Origin: an uncultured Phycisphaerae bacterium
Lineage (GTDB): Bacteria; Planctomycetota; Phycisphaerae; UBA1845; DATKUK01
Reading direction: 5' to 3'
DNA length: 39,964 bases
Assembly (NCBI GenBank): GCA_965602375.1
Contig: CBFCZG010000003.1
Span: forward strand, 1 to 39,964
This document shows positions 1 through 10,149 of this stretch, piece after piece (position 1 is the first letter of the stretch; each line of letters opens with the position of its first letter). The notes below the pieces were generated by a model that ran no database searches, was not told the DNA's origin, and saw only the letters and a program-made list of their open reading frames with translations. The position numbers and the translations under genes were made by a program.

Positions 1-173
1 CGATCTGGCACCCGGGGGTGCACGACGATCCGTTCGGGATGCGCCTGACGACGCTGATGATCTCGAAGAAAATCGCCGACAGCGCCGTGCCCATGTCGCT
101 GCTGGCGCTGCATCCCAACGTGCGATTCAACTTCCTGCAAAGCGGCATCGGCACGTGTGAGCTTGGAATCTAG
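1..173 (+). CDS. 3' end of a gene entering the window, possibly glucosamine-6-phosphate isomerase/deaminase-like
   Basis: Frame 3 reads [44 protein letters not shown]...* with TAG at 171-173. The VPxSLLxxHPNV C-terminus resembles NagB-like proteins. It ends 5 nt before the next ATG. Confidence 0.5.
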   Translation, partial: IWHPGVHDDPFGMRLTTLMISKKIADSAVPMSLLALHPNVRFNFLQSGIGTCELGI

Positions 174-178
174 CGGCC

Positions 179-1189
179 ATGGCAGCGCTCACCCGCCTGG
201 ACAGCGACGAGCCGCACAGCGTCGACGCTATCCGCGCCGCCGAACTGGCGCGAGGCGCCTTACGTCTGCCGCAAGAGATGGACGTGACGGCCTCGCCGCT
301 TGGCGGGGGCAAGTTCAGTCAGACGTTTCTCATCGAGGCCGACACCACCGAGTACGTACTGCGGATCGCCCCGCCGGACAACCTGCTCCAGCTCTTTTAC
401 GAGTATCGCATGATGCGACAGGAGCCGGGTCTGCATCGACTCATCCAGAAGCACACTCAGATGCGAATTCCATCGATTCTGGCACACGATTTCACGCGCA
501 AACACATCGCCCGCGACTACCTGGTGATGAATCGTCTGCCGGGAACGCCCCTGAGCGAGGTACGCGGCCGCCTGAGTGCCGAGCAGATCGAACGTATTCT
601 GTTCGAGGTCGGGCGCGAGGTAGCCCAGCTTCATTCGATCCGGCTGCGACGCTACGGGTATCGCGGGCCACACCGCCCGATGGAGCCGGAGGCGCGGTGG
701 GACGACGCGTTCGCGGTCATGTGGGAGAAGATGCTGGACGACTGTGCCGCCTGTGGCATCTACACAGATCAGGACAAGGCGATGGGGATGAAGCTGTGGC
801 GCGACTATTGCGGTGCGTTCGATCCGCAGTGCCCGTGCGTTCCCTGTCACATGGACCTGTGGGTGGCCAACGTGCTGGTTCACCAGGGCCGGTTTGGCGC
901 GCTGTTCGACTTCGACCGCGCGTGCTACGGCGATGTGGAGAATGAGTTTGCCGTGGCCGAATACTGCGGCCTGACAACGCCGGCGTTTTGGGAGGGATAC
1001 GGTCGCCGCCCCGAACGGACGCGCGAGTGGGCCATCCGCCGGTGGTTCTACCTGCTCTACGAGCACCAGAAGTACATCGTCATCAGCGTGTCGACCCGCC
1101 GCAACAACAGGCCGATGGCCCGCAGCTACGCCGACCAGTGTCTTGGGTCGATGCACAGTTTCCGTCGCACGGGTCGACCTGAGTTCTGA
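179..1189 (+). CDS. aminoglycoside phosphotransferase / choline kinase-like family kinase
   Basis: 336 aa with a Gly-rich loop (LGGGKFS), YVLR, the Brenner motif HMDLWVANV and LFDFD. Confidence 0.85.
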   Translation: MAALTRLDSDEPHSVDAIRAAELARGALRLPQEMDVTASPLGGGKFSQTFLIEADTTEYVLRIAPPDNLLQLFYEYRMMRQEPGLHRLIQKHTQMRIPSILAHDFTRKHIARDYLVMNRLPGTPLSEVRGRLSAEQIERILFEVGREVAQLHSIRLRRYGYRGPHRPMEPEARWDDAFAVMWEKMLDDCAACGIYTDQDKAMGMKLWRDYCGAFDPQCPCVPCHMDLWVANVLVHQGRFGALFDFDRACYGDVENEFAVAEYCGLTTPAFWEGYGRRPERTREWAIRRWFYLLYEHQKYIVISVSTRRNNRPMARSYADQCLGSMHSFRRTGRPEF

Positions 1190-1250
1190 ATCGCGTGCTG
1201 CTGACCCGGCATGCTTGAACGGTAGCGTGCCGGCAACTGTTTGAGGCGAT

Positions 1251-2030
1251 CTATACCGAGGCCCAGTCCTCCCTAAGCCGATCGATCCCCACGGCGGCAA
1301 TGCGGTCGGCCGTCTGCTCGCCATCGACGTACTCGATGGATGCAAAGCCGTCCCACCCGTCGCGCTTCATGCACGCCAGCCATCTCTTGGTCTGCTCGTT
1401 CTTGACCGGGTCGGCCCACCAGCGGTAGTGGAAGTGCGCAACACGATCCTTGAGGCGCTGCCAGATCGCCTCGGGCTCCATGTTCGAGAGGGCAACCATG
1501 TCGTCAAGCTGAAGATTGAGGAGCATCCGACGTGACGGCACGGCCTGGAGCAGTTTCTCGATGCCCTGCACCGAGTCCACCAGCGACTCCATGTGGGTCT
1601 CGATCAGAATGTCGATGTCGGCCTGCTCGGCCATGGCGGCGTACTCGAGGAATCCGTTGATCGCATAGCCCCAGTTCGCGTCGTCACACGTGGCCGAACT
1701 GATTTCGCACACGAACCCTGCAAAGCTGCGAAGCTGTCTGACGCGCATCACGCGAGCAATCTCGATGAACCGGGCGCACTGCTCGACCATGTCCTGATAG
1801 TTCGATTTGCCCAGATCGAAGAAGCCCATGTAAGGGGAGATCAACGGCACGGTGAGTCCGGCCTGGTCGCAGGCCGCACGTATCTGGGTGAGACGGTTGG
1901 CGTCTGCCTTCTCGAGGAAGCCGCCCCATAACTCCACACCGTCGAACCCCAGCCCGGCCGCCAGATCGATAGCTTGCTCAGCCGTCCACTCTCCGCTCTT
2001 GCAGGCGATTGTGCAGCAGCACGTTTTCAT
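1251..2030 (-). CDS. sugar phosphate isomerase/epimerase (xylose isomerase-like TIM barrel)
   Basis: GFDGVELW, IETH and C-terminal GWDGFASIEY motifs typical of the AP_endonuc_2 family. Confidence 0.85.
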   Translation of the reverse strand: MKTCCCTIACKSGEWTAEQAIDLAAGLGFDGVELWGGFLEKADANRLTQIRAACDQAGLTVPLISPYMGFFDLGKSNYQDMVEQCARFIEIARVMRVRQLRSFAGFVCEISSATCDDANWGYAINGFLEYAAMAEQADIDILIETHMESLVDSVQGIEKLLQAVPSRRMLLNLQLDDMVALSNMEPEAIWQRLKDRVAHFHYRWWADPVKNEQTKRWLACMKRDGWDGFASIEYVDGEQTADRIAAVGIDRLREDWASV

Positions 2031-2324
2031 TGCGAGGTCTCCATCGGGCTACCACCGCGATGGTACGCGACTCCGTCGATGCGGACAACCGCCACAAGCC
2101 GCTTGCACCCTACGCATCGCGCTGACCAGGAGAGATCGACCAACCTGGGCATACAAGTCCGCATATCGCATGCGGTCGAGTCAAAACGTCCGGTATTCGC
2201 ACGCTCTGAGTCGGTTGGCTGAATCTGGTTTGTGTTCCCGGTTTGCCTCTAAGGATTGATCTTCGCCCGGCCGATGCAACCACCTGCCCAGGACAACGCC
2301 CTACTATCGAGCAGGAGTTCAAGC

Positions 2325-2699
2325 ATGTCCAGATTGCACCTGTCGACGACGTTCACCGTAACCGTTTGCCTCGTACTGGCGGCCTGCCCCGCATGCGCAC
2401 CACCCTCTCCCGAGGTTACGGGCCTGGCCAAGCTCGCGTCCGGAAACATGTCGGACCTGACAGGCGAGGAGATCCAGGCGGTGGCCGAACGATTGGCCGG
2501 CGCGTCGCTTACCGACGAGCAGGCTGAAACCATCGCCGACCTCCTGGACGAGTACGACGTCAACTCGCCCAGCGACATCGAGGCGTTCATCGAGCAGGCC
2601 GAGCAGGGCGAGATCCCCGTCGATCAGGAAGATCTCGACGCGCTCCGCGACATGTTCGAGAACATGGATCCGTCCGAAATCCTTGCCTTGCTCGAATAG
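2325..2699 (+). CDS. hypothetical acidic helical protein, putative lipoprotein
   Basis: AGGAG RBS before ATG 2325. Hydrophobic N-terminus ending in LAAC, followed by a very D/E-rich helical body. Confidence 0.65.
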   Translation: MSRLHLSTTFTVTVCLVLAACPACAPPSPEVTGLAKLASGNMSDLTGEEIQAVAERLAGASLTDEQAETIADLLDEYDVNSPSDIEAFIEQAEQGEIPVDQEDLDALRDMFENMDPSEILALLE

Positions 2700-2789
2700 C
2701 GGTCGCCAGAATCCCAGCCGACACACGGCGCCGACCGAAGCGTCTGGCCATTGGGGCCAGGCGCGTGGTGCCGTCGCGTGCCCATCCGG

Positions 2790-2818
2790 TTGACACCACC
2801 AGGCGGCAGGGCTAGCAT
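2790..2818 (+). promoter_or_regulatory. sigma70-type promoter of the ribE-pdxA-EamA-rsmA operon
   Basis: TTGACA-17 nt-TAGCAT, about 50 nt upstream of ribE. Confidence 0.65.
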
Positions 2819-2867
2819 CGGCCTGTGAAAAGGTCGATAGGAGAGCCCGTAACTTTTTGGGCACGCG

Positions 2868-3518
2868 ATGTTTACAGGTATCGTCGAGGCTATTGGCAAA
2901 GTCGTGGCCATCCGTCCCGGCCAGGGTGGAATCAGGCTGGTGGTGGACGTGGCCGCGCTGACGCGCCAACCTGAAATCGGCGCGAGTCTATCGGTGAACG
3001 GGGCGTGCCTGACGGTCGCGGCGATCGGGTCGAAAGCCGCCGAGTTTGATGTCGTGGCCGAGACCTGCGCTCGCAGCAATCTCGGGCGACTGCAAGTGCA
3101 AGACGCCGTCAATCTGGAGAGTTCCCTGACTCTGGGTGACGCGATCGACGGCCACTTCGTTCAGGGCCACATCGACGGAACGGCTACGGTCGAGCGAGTC
3201 GAAACGGACGCCGGGCAGTGGACGGTGTGGTTTACGCTCGACCAGCCGCAGCAGCTGGCGCGTTACCTGGTACCCAAGGGGTCGATAGCTCTCGACGGGG
3301 TCTCGCTGACGCTGGCTGACGTCCAGTCGGAGCGCTTCAGCGTGGCGGTCATCCCGACGACGTTGCAGCGAACGACCTTTGGCCGCCTTCAAAGCGGCGA
3401 CAAAGTGAATGTGGAGACGGATATTCTGGTGCGAGCCGTAGTGCACCAACTATCATTGATTGACGGGCCGAACCAGGGATTGTCCATCCAGGCACTCGAG
3501 CAGGCTGGTTTTGTGTGA
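2868..3518 (+). CDS. ribE: riboflavin synthase (alpha chain)
   Basis: Diagnostic MFTGIVE N-terminus, plus VNGACLTV, GHFVQGHIDG, KGSIALDGVSLT and VNVETD. Confidence 0.97.
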   Translation: MFTGIVEAIGKVVAIRPGQGGIRLVVDVAALTRQPEIGASLSVNGACLTVAAIGSKAAEFDVVAETCARSNLGRLQVQDAVNLESSLTLGDAIDGHFVQGHIDGTATVERVETDAGQWTVWFTLDQPQQLARYLVPKGSIALDGVSLTLADVQSERFSVAVIPTTLQRTTFGRLQSGDKVNVETDILVRAVVHQLSLIDGPNQGLSIQALEQAGFV

Positions 3519-4612
3519 TCGGTGACGATGTGGAAAAAGATCAGGACACCAACATTGAGCCCGCACCGACCGATGCCGCCGAGTTGGCGCCCAAGCCCGT
3601 CATCGCGGTGACGATGGGCGATCCGGGGGGCATCGGCGCCGAGGTGGTGGTCAAGGCCCTGGCCGATCCGCAGGTGCGCGAGAGCGGCCGTTTCATCATC
3701 TATGGACTGAACGAGCTGATAAGCTACGCCGCCGATTCGGCCGAGATCTCGCCTTACTGGTGGCGGCAGCCTCACGAGGCGGTGCGGAAGATTGAAAGCG
3801 GTGTGGTGGTAGCCGACTTCGACGAGTTCGGGCTGCCGGGCCCGCGAAACGCCCAGCCCACGGCGCAGGGCGGCCTTGCGTCGATGCGGTTCCTGGAGGA
3901 AGCGGTCGCGTCGCTCAAGGCGGGTCGAGCACACGCCCTGGTCACCGGGCCGATCAGTAAGACCAGTTGGCACATGGCGGGGTACAAGCGCTGGCCCGGT
4001 CACACCGAGTGGCTGGCCGAACAGTTTCGTACGCGCCGGGTGACGATGATGTTCGAGGCGGGTCGGCTGCGCGTCGCCCTGGCCAGCACCCACCTGGGCC
4101 TGTTCGAGTTGCGAAACCGGTTCACCATCGGCCTGGTCTATCAGCCGATCGATCTGCTCGATCGAGCGCTGCGCGAGTGGTTTGGCATCGAGTTACCGCG
4201 CCTGGCGGTCTGTGCGCTGAACCCGCACGCTGGAGAAGGCGGCCGATTCGGTGACGAGGAGACGCGCATCATCGAGCCGGCCATTACGATGGCCCGCGAG
4301 AACGGCTGCCGCGTGGAAGGCCCCCTGCCCGCCGATACGGTGTTTGGCAATGCTTTGGCCGGCAAGTACGACGGGGTCGTGGCGATGTATCACGATCAGG
4401 GACTGATTCCGATCAAGCTGCTGGCTTTCCGTCGCGCGGTCAACGTGTCACTGGGCCTGCCCATAGTCCGCACCAGCCCCGACCACGGTACGGCGTTTGA
4501 CATTGTAGGGACCAACGCCGCCGATCCGGGCAGCATGAAGTCGGCGATCCTGCTGGCGTGTCGTCTGGCCCGCTTCAAGATGGCCGCGGCCGCAGCGGTA
4601 TCTGCCCCATAG
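3515..4612 (+). CDS. pdxA: 4-hydroxythreonine-4-phosphate dehydrogenase
   Basis: TMGDPGGIGAE, PGHTE, LNPHAGE, AMYHDQG and RTSPDHGTAFDI motifs. GTGA overlap with ribE; the exact start is uncertain. Confidence 0.96.
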   Translation: MIGDDVEKDQDTNIEPAPTDAAELAPKPVIAVTMGDPGGIGAEVVVKALADPQVRESGRFIIYGLNELISYAADSAEISPYWWRQPHEAVRKIESGVVVADFDEFGLPGPRNAQPTAQGGLASMRFLEEAVASLKAGRAHALVTGPISKTSWHMAGYKRWPGHTEWLAEQFRTRRVTMMFEAGRLRVALASTHLGLFELRNRFTIGLVYQPIDLLDRALREWFGIELPRLAVCALNPHAGEGGRFGDEETRIIEPAITMARENGCRVEGPLPADTVFGNALAGKYDGVVAMYHDQGLIPIKLLAFRRAVNVSLGLPIVRTSPDHGTAFDIVGTNAADPGSMKSAILLACRLARFKMAAAAAVSAP

Positions 4613-4626
4613 CGCAGCGGCCCTCG

Positions 4627-5505
4627 ATGCCGATTCTGGCGATATTCCTGGTACTGCTGTCATGCTTCGGCCACGCGGCGTGGAATCTGCTCGCCAAGCG
4701 ATGCCCCGACCCGGTGGCGGCACTCTGGCGGGCGCTGCTGCTATCTGTCGTGTTGCTTACTCCGTTCTCGCTGACGTTCCTGCTGAGCGCGGCGGGCGAC
4801 TGGCCCGAGCAAGTCTGGTACTGCCTGCTGATAAGCAGCATCAGCCAGGCACTGTACGCGTACGCCCTGGGCCGAGCCTACCGCTCTGGCGATCTCTCGC
4901 TGGCCTACCCAATCGCGCGCAGCGCACCGTTGTTTGTCGCCCTATGGGCCCTGGTGTGGCTGGGTGAACCCATCGACACGGCCGGCGGAATGGGCATTGT
5001 CACGGTCGTGGCCGGAGCGGTTCTGCTGTCGCTGCCCTCAGGCCGACGGCCACGCCACGCCGCCGTGGCACGCACCATAGGGTGGGCGGTTCTGACTGCT
5101 CTATGCACCAGCGTCTACAGCGTGGCCGACCGGGCGGCCATGCTCCACGTCTCGGGCGGGCTGGGCCGCACGGCTTATCTGCACTTGGAGTTTGTCGGCA
5201 TGTGGGCGGGACTGACCGTGCTGATCGCCCGGTCGCATCCGTGGAGGTCGCTGGCCATCCGTACGGAACTGATCTCAAGCGCCGCAATCGGGGTGCTCCA
5301 GCCTGTCACTTATCTGCTCGTGCTGTTCGCGCTGGCCATGCCGGACGCGGGCGTCAGCTACGTCGTTGCGCTTCGCCAGTTCAGCGCGGTCATCGGGGTC
5401 ATCCTCGGCTGGCGGCTGCTCCGCGAACGCCGCGGCTGGATGCGCCTGCTGAGCGCCGTGATAATGGTCGTCGGGCTCGCACTTGTGGCCGGGCCACAGC
5501 GGTAG
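4627..5505 (+). CDS. EamA/DMT family transporter
   Basis: About 10 hydrophobic segments, with HAAWNLLAK, AYRSGDLSLAYPIAR and YVVALRQFS motifs. ATG 4627 follows the pdxA stop. Confidence 0.9.
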   Translation: MPILAIFLVLLSCFGHAAWNLLAKRCPDPVAALWRALLLSVVLLTPFSLTFLLSAAGDWPEQVWYCLLISSISQALYAYALGRAYRSGDLSLAYPIARSAPLFVALWALVWLGEPIDTAGGMGIVTVVAGAVLLSLPSGRRPRHAAVARTIGWAVLTALCTSVYSVADRAAMLHVSGGLGRTAYLHLEFVGMWAGLTVLIARSHPWRSLAIRTELISSAAIGVLQPVTYLLVLFALAMPDAGVSYVVALRQFSAVIGVILGWRLLRERRGWMRLLSAVIMVVGLALVAGPQR

Positions 5506-5513
5506 CGGCAGTC

Positions 5514-6401
5514 ATGTTCCAGACCAAGACACAGATCGAAGGCCTTCTTGAAGCAGCCGACCTGAAGCCGCAGAAGCGCTACGGCCAGCACTTCCTGATC
5601 GACCGCAACCTTATGGATCGGCTCGTCGACAGTGCCCGCATCGGACCCGAGGACATGGTCCTCGAGGTCGGGCCGGGCACGGCGAGCCTCACGTCGCTGC
5701 TGGCCGCCAGGGCCGGCGCCGTCGTGGCCGTGGAGGCCGACCGGGCACTGCTCGACATCGCCGCCCAACAGTTGCGAGCCCGGGATGTCGGCAACGTAAA
5801 CCTGATCCACGGCGACATTCTTGCAGCCAAGCACAGAATCCAGCCGGAGGTGCTGGCCGCCCTCGCACGACAGCAGGCCTCCCTGGCGGGACGCGCCATG
5901 CTGGTGGCGAACCTGCCCTTCGACGTGGCTTCGCCGCTGCTGATCAATCTGGTGCTCGACCACCCGACGATCGATCCGCTGCTATTCACGGTTCAGAAGG
6001 AGGTCGGCTTGCGAATCCTCGCCCGCCCCGGCCAGCGTGCGTACGGAACACTCAGCGTGTTCGTTCAGGCACTGACCGATGCTGTACGCCTGGCGAACGT
6101 TCCCCGCCAAGTCTTCTGGCCACAGCCCAACGTCGACGCCGTCATGCTGCAACTGACGCACTCACCCGGCAAACGTGCCGCAGCCGGCGACGTGTCCCAT
6201 CTCGCTGTGACGGTGAAGAACCTGTTCGGACATCGGCGCAAAACGCTGCGCCATAACCTGCGAATCCACTACCCGCAGGTCGCGACGGAGGCACTGGAAT
6301 CAGCCAGCTCAATTGACCTGGGACGCCGACCGGAAACGCTGGCGGCGGATGAATGGGTCCGCCTGGCTGGACAGCTGCCCCCACGAAACGGCGGGGACTG
6401 A
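5514..6401 (+). CDS. rsmA: 16S rRNA (adenine-1518/1519) dimethyltransferase
   Basis: GQHFLID, LEVGPGTASLT, VANLPF, F.PQPNVDA, RRKTL and RPETL motifs. Start taken at ATG 5514 inside the 5082 ORF. Confidence 0.95.
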   Translation: MFQTKTQIEGLLEAADLKPQKRYGQHFLIDRNLMDRLVDSARIGPEDMVLEVGPGTASLTSLLAARAGAVVAVEADRALLDIAAQQLRARDVGNVNLIHGDILAAKHRIQPEVLAALARQQASLAGRAMLVANLPFDVASPLLINLVLDHPTIDPLLFTVQKEVGLRILARPGQRAYGTLSVFVQALTDAVRLANVPRQVFWPQPNVDAVMLQLTHSPGKRAAAGDVSHLAVTVKNLFGHRRKTLRHNLRIHYPQVATEALESASSIDLGRRPETLAADEWVRLAGQLPPRNGGD

Positions 6402-7157
6402 TCCAGCGGCCGCCCTGGCTCCTGGGGACGGGCCTGCACCGGCCCCCGACATCACATGAGCGGCGATGTAGCGCCGCACGAAGGGTTCGCTGGTGCAATC
6501 GGTGTGAGCCCCCGTCCACCCGTACCGCTGGTACTGCGGTGCCCAACCTATATTGACAATCTTGCCCTGGCCTCCGCCACGTGGATGCAGCCCGACCAGC
6601 CCGGCTGCGTCCACATCCATCTTTCCGTCGATGGTACCGAGCACGCGGACCGGCCCATCGAGAACGGTGTCGTAGCGTGAGTAGTAGACGTACACGTGCC
6701 CTTTGATCCTCGTCACCGCCCTGCGCATGTCGTAATCGCTGGAGAGACTCGAGCCCAACAGCACGAGATTATTCACTCTGTAGGGGGCCTCCAACGCCTC
6801 AACGGCCCAGACGGCGATGCCCGTACCGGCCGACAGGGCGATGATGTTCACTTCGTTGCCCGGGTGGTTTCTCAGGTAGTCCTGAATCTTCTGCGTGAGG
6901 ATGGCGGCTCGCAGATGGGCCGCCGGGCGGTTGACCTGATCGATGGCTGGGTTGAATGACGTCGTCCACAGATAGGCCTCGACGTGCCCGCGATAGCCGG
7001 CAGCCTGAAGGCCTTGCGCCACCTCCGCCACCCCGAAGCCCCAGTTGCCCGCACCGTCGATGTAGTACGTCTTTCCGAAGTCCTCACGCGGATCCATGCA
7101 GCCCGCAAGTGGGGCCAACCCCAACAGCAAAGCCCAGCACATCGTTGCGCGTCGCAT
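6309..7157 (-). CDS. putative lipoprotein with alpha/beta-hydrolase fold
   Basis: AAGGAGG RBS before ATG 7157, lipobox LAGC, nucleophile-elbow-like IIALSAGT, VLLGSSLS, and a late His (GAHTD). Confidence 0.7.
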   Translation of the reverse strand: MRRATMCWALLLGLAPLAGCMDPREDFGKTYYIDGAGNWGFGVAEVAQGLQAAGYRGHVEAYLWTTSFNPAIDQVNRPAAHLRAAILTQKIQDYLRNHPGNEVNIIALSAGTGIAVWAVEALEAPYRVNNLVLLGSSLSSDYDMRRAVTRIKGHVYVYYSRYDTVLDGPVRVLGTIDGKMDVDAAGLVGLHPRGGGQGKIVNIGWAPQYQRYGWTGAHTDCTSEPFVRRYIAAHVMSGAGAGPSPGARAAAGSVPAVSWGQLSSQADPFIRRQRFRSASQVN

Positions 7158-7304
7158 GCACGCCTCCTTCAAGGCACCCGCCATCCGGACAGGTCAGTCT
7201 ACTGCCGAGCGAACACGGGTCAACGACATGTTATGCCCAGCCGTCTCCCGGGCCAAGTGCACGACCGAAAATCGGGCCGTTTGCCACCCCCCCGAGGAAC
7301 GGGT

Positions 7305-8618
7305 TCAGTAAAGGGGGTTGATCACCAGACCCGTCGCCAATTTCGGATAGAAGAAGGTACTCTTCTGCGGCATGAGCTCGCCGGTTTGGCAGACCGCCCG
7401 CATCTGAGCCATCTGGGTCGGCTGCACCAGCAGGGCCAGCCCGTCGGTCTCGGCCGCAACCGCCACCGCGTGGTCCGCCACACTCGTGTAATGGATGACG
7501 GGCTCGCGGCTTAGAGTGGGGGCGATCATCCGGTCGATCAGGAACCGATGCAGGATCGCCGCCGGCAGTCTCCGCCAGGCCTCGCCGTGCTGCGGCTCGA
7601 GGTCGTCCAGCACGTCGGGCCTTTGCAAGACAAGGATGGTGCTGGCGCCGGTCGACGGCTGGACCACGGCAACCGAGCCCGGTGCACACCGTGCCGCCGC
7701 ATCCGCCAGTTGCTCGGGATCCGCCACCGGGGCGTCGGTCGGGGTAAAAACGGGCTCACACCGCGACACAAGTTCCGACAGCTCCAGCGGCACGTGCTCG
7801 ACCGTTCGATGGTACGGCAGCATCAGCAGGCCGGGATCCTCCATGGCGCACAGCCCCACCAACACGTAGTGAGCGGGGTGATTGTCGGGCAGCTCGCCCT
7901 CCCGCGCGGCAAGCCAGTCACGATACATCAACGCCGTCTCATACCGGTGGTGCCCATCGGCGATGTAGATCGGCTTGCCCGCCAACGTCTGACGCACTCG
8001 CGCGACGACAGAGGAGTCGGCGACATACCACAACCGGGCATCCACGCCGTTCAGTACGGCGACGGCGTCGGGATCACGCCCCGCCGACCCCATCGCGGCG
8101 AGCACCCCGCCATCCGGATCGCTGTACAAGCCGAAGACAGCCGACAGGTTGCAGCGCGTCGCCTGCATCAGCTTCAGCCGATCCTCCTTCGGCCCACCGA
8201 ATGTCTGCTCGTGAGGCACGACGCGCCCCTCGCCCAGCGGACTCAGCCGCAGCCGCGCGAACAGGGCCGTGCGCGTGAAATCTCTCCCCCGATGGGTGTA
8301 GCGCTGCTGGTAGAGGTACAGCCCGGGCTCGGGATCGCGCATCAGCACGCCGTCGGCGAGCCACGCCTCAAACGTGTTCGCGGCCCGCTGGTATACGGCA
8401 TCGGGTCCGGCCTGCTTTGGCGGCACGTGCGGCAGATCGATCGCCACGACGTTGCAGGAATCCTGCGTGAGCAGGGCTTCTTTGTCGGCGCTGTCGAGCA
8501 CGTCGTACGGCGGCGCAATCACCCTCGATACATCCTGTCCGAAGCGTTGCGCGTCGTACCGGATACCCGTTAGCGGCGCAATGGCACTGTCAACTTCGGT
8601 TGCGAGTCGTTCGGTCAT
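7305..8618 (-). CDS. DUF1015 family protein (ParB/Srx-like fold)
   Basis: APPYDV, PHEQT, YIADGHHRYETA and MPQKSTFFYPKL signature motifs. Start uncertain. Confidence 0.9.
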   Translation of the reverse strand: MTERLATEVDSAIAPLTGIRYDAQRFGQDVSRVIAPPYDVLDSADKEALLTQDSCNVVAIDLPHVPPKQAGPDAVYQRAANTFEAWLADGVLMRDPEPGLYLYQQRYTHRGRDFTRTALFARLRLSPLGEGRVVPHEQTFGGPKEDRLKLMQATRCNLSAVFGLYSDPDGGVLAAMGSAGRDPDAVAVLNGVDARLWYVADSSVVARVRQTLAGKPIYIADGHHRYETALMYRDWLAAREGELPDNHPAHYVLVGLCAMEDPGLLMLPYHRTVEHVPLELSELVSRCEPVFTPTDAPVADPEQLADAAARCAPGSVAVVQPSTGASTILVLQRPDVLDDLEPQHGEAWRRLPAAILHRFLIDRMIAPTLSREPVIHYTSVADHAVAVAAETDGLALLVQPTQMAQMRAVCQTGELMPQKSTFFYPKLATGLVINPLY

Positions 8619-8646
8619 GAGCTGCCTCATCCACAAGCAGGAGGGG

Positions 8647-10071
8647 TCAATAGCGGTAGTGATCCGGCTTGAACGGTCCTTCTACCGGCACGCCGATATA
8701 CTGCGCCTGCTTCTGGGTAAGTTGAGTCATTTTCACACCAAGCATATCCAGATGCAGTCGGGCCACCTCTTCGTCCAACTCCTTTGGCAACACGTACACC
8801 TTCTTGTCATACTTGCCGGCATCGCGGTTCTGCCAGAAGTCGATCTGGGCCAGCACCTGATTGGTGAAGCTGTTGCTCATCACGAAGCTGGGATGGCCGG
8901 TCGCGCAGCCGAGGTTCACCAGGCGTCCTTTCGCCAGCATGATGATTCGCTTGCCGTCGGGCCAGATCACGTGATCGACCTGCGGCTTGATCTCTTCCCA
9001 TTGCAGACCCGCCAGGCCGTCCACGTCAATCTCGCTGTCGAAGTGCCCGATGTTGCACACGATCGCCTCGTTCCGCATGCGGTCCATGTGCCGGCGCGTG
9101 ATCACATCGACGTTCCCGGTGGCCGTCACGAAGATGTCGCCGTACGCGCACGCCTCGTCCAGCGACACGACCTGGTAGCCTTCCATGGCCGCTTGCAGTG
9201 CACAGATGGGATCGATCTCGGTGACGAACACCGTTGCGCCCAGTCCCCGAAAGGCCTGGGCACAACCCTTGCCCACATCGCCGTAGCCGCACACCACGCA
9301 TTTCTTACCGGCGATCATCACGTCGGTCGCACGCTTGATCCCGTCCATCAGGCTCTCGCGGCACCCGTACAGGTTGTCGAACTTGCTCTTGGTGACCGAA
9401 TCGTTGACGTTCATCGCCGGGAAGAGCAGCTCTCCTTCACGCTGCATCTGGTACAGTCGGTTCACACCGGTGGTCGTCTCCTCGCTGACGCCCACGATCC
9501 GCGGTGCCATTCGATGCCAGAACTGCGCGTCGCGCTCGAGCTGCGCGCGCAGCAATCGATCGACGACCTCGATTTCCTTGTTATCCTTGCAGACCGGCGG
9601 CACCTTGCCCGTCTTGGCATATTCGGCCTCCAGCGCGTAGCCACGGTGGACCAGGAGGGTCGCATCGCCGCCATCGTCCACAACGCCCGTCGGGCCGTCC
9701 GCTTCGGGAAACGTGAGCGCCCGCAACGTGCAGTCCCAATACTCCTCCAGCGTTTCGCCCTTCCAGGCGAAAACCGGCGTGCCGCTGGCCGCGACGGCCG
9801 CGGCCGCATGGTCCTGCGTCGAGAAGATGTTGCAACTCGCCCAGCGCACGTCGGCGCCCAGCTCCACCAGTGTCTCGATCAACATGGCCGTCTGGATCGT
9901 CATGTGTAGAGAGCCGGTGATCTTCGCGCCGGCCAGCGGCTTGCCGGCCGCATACTTCCGGCGAATCGCCATCAAGCCGGGCATTTCCGACTGGGCGATT
10001 TCCATTTCTTTCCGGCCCCAATCGGCCAGCGAAATGTCCTTGATCTTGTAATCATGCACCGCTGTTGCCAT
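8647..10071 (-). CDS. ahcY: adenosylhomocysteinase (SAH hydrolase)
   Basis: [34 protein letters not shown] and [11 protein letters not shown] motifs. AAGGAG RBS. Confidence 0.98.
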   Translation of the reverse strand: MATAVHDYKIKDISLADWGRKEMEIAQSEMPGLMAIRRKYAAGKPLAGAKITGSLHMTIQTAMLIETLVELGADVRWASCNIFSTQDHAAAAVAASGTPVFAWKGETLEEYWDCTLRALTFPEADGPTGVVDDGGDATLLVHRGYALEAEYAKTGKVPPVCKDNKEIEVVDRLLRAQLERDAQFWHRMAPRIVGVSEETTTGVNRLYQMQREGELLFPAMNVNDSVTKSKFDNLYGCRESLMDGIKRATDVMIAGKKCVVCGYGDVGKGCAQAFRGLGATVFVTEIDPICALQAAMEGYQVVSLDEACAYGDIFVTATGNVDVITRRHMDRMRNEAIVCNIGHFDSEIDVDGLAGLQWEEIKPQVDHVIWPDGKRIIMLAKGRLVNLGCATGHPSFVMSNSFTNQVLAQIDFWQNRDAGKYDKKVYVLPKELDEEVARLHLDMLGVKMTQLTQKQAQYIGVPVEGPFKPDHYRY

Positions 10072-10149
10072 CGATCGTCACTCCTTCGTTCGCATCACAA
10101 GACGAAATTCAGTCGTCGGACAACCAGCCCTGAGTGTCAGGCAAACTTC

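Noticed and set aside
2700-2867. FMN riboswitch upstream of ribE
   Set aside because: No RFN consensus, and the predicted promoter leaves only about 45 nt of leader.
8374-9909. Long antisense ORFs (511 aa here; also 35814-37247, 33371-34819, 10935-12092, 260-1345, 7548-8573)
   Set aside because: Shadow frames opposite well-supported genes, expected from high-GC codon bias; no recognisable motifs.
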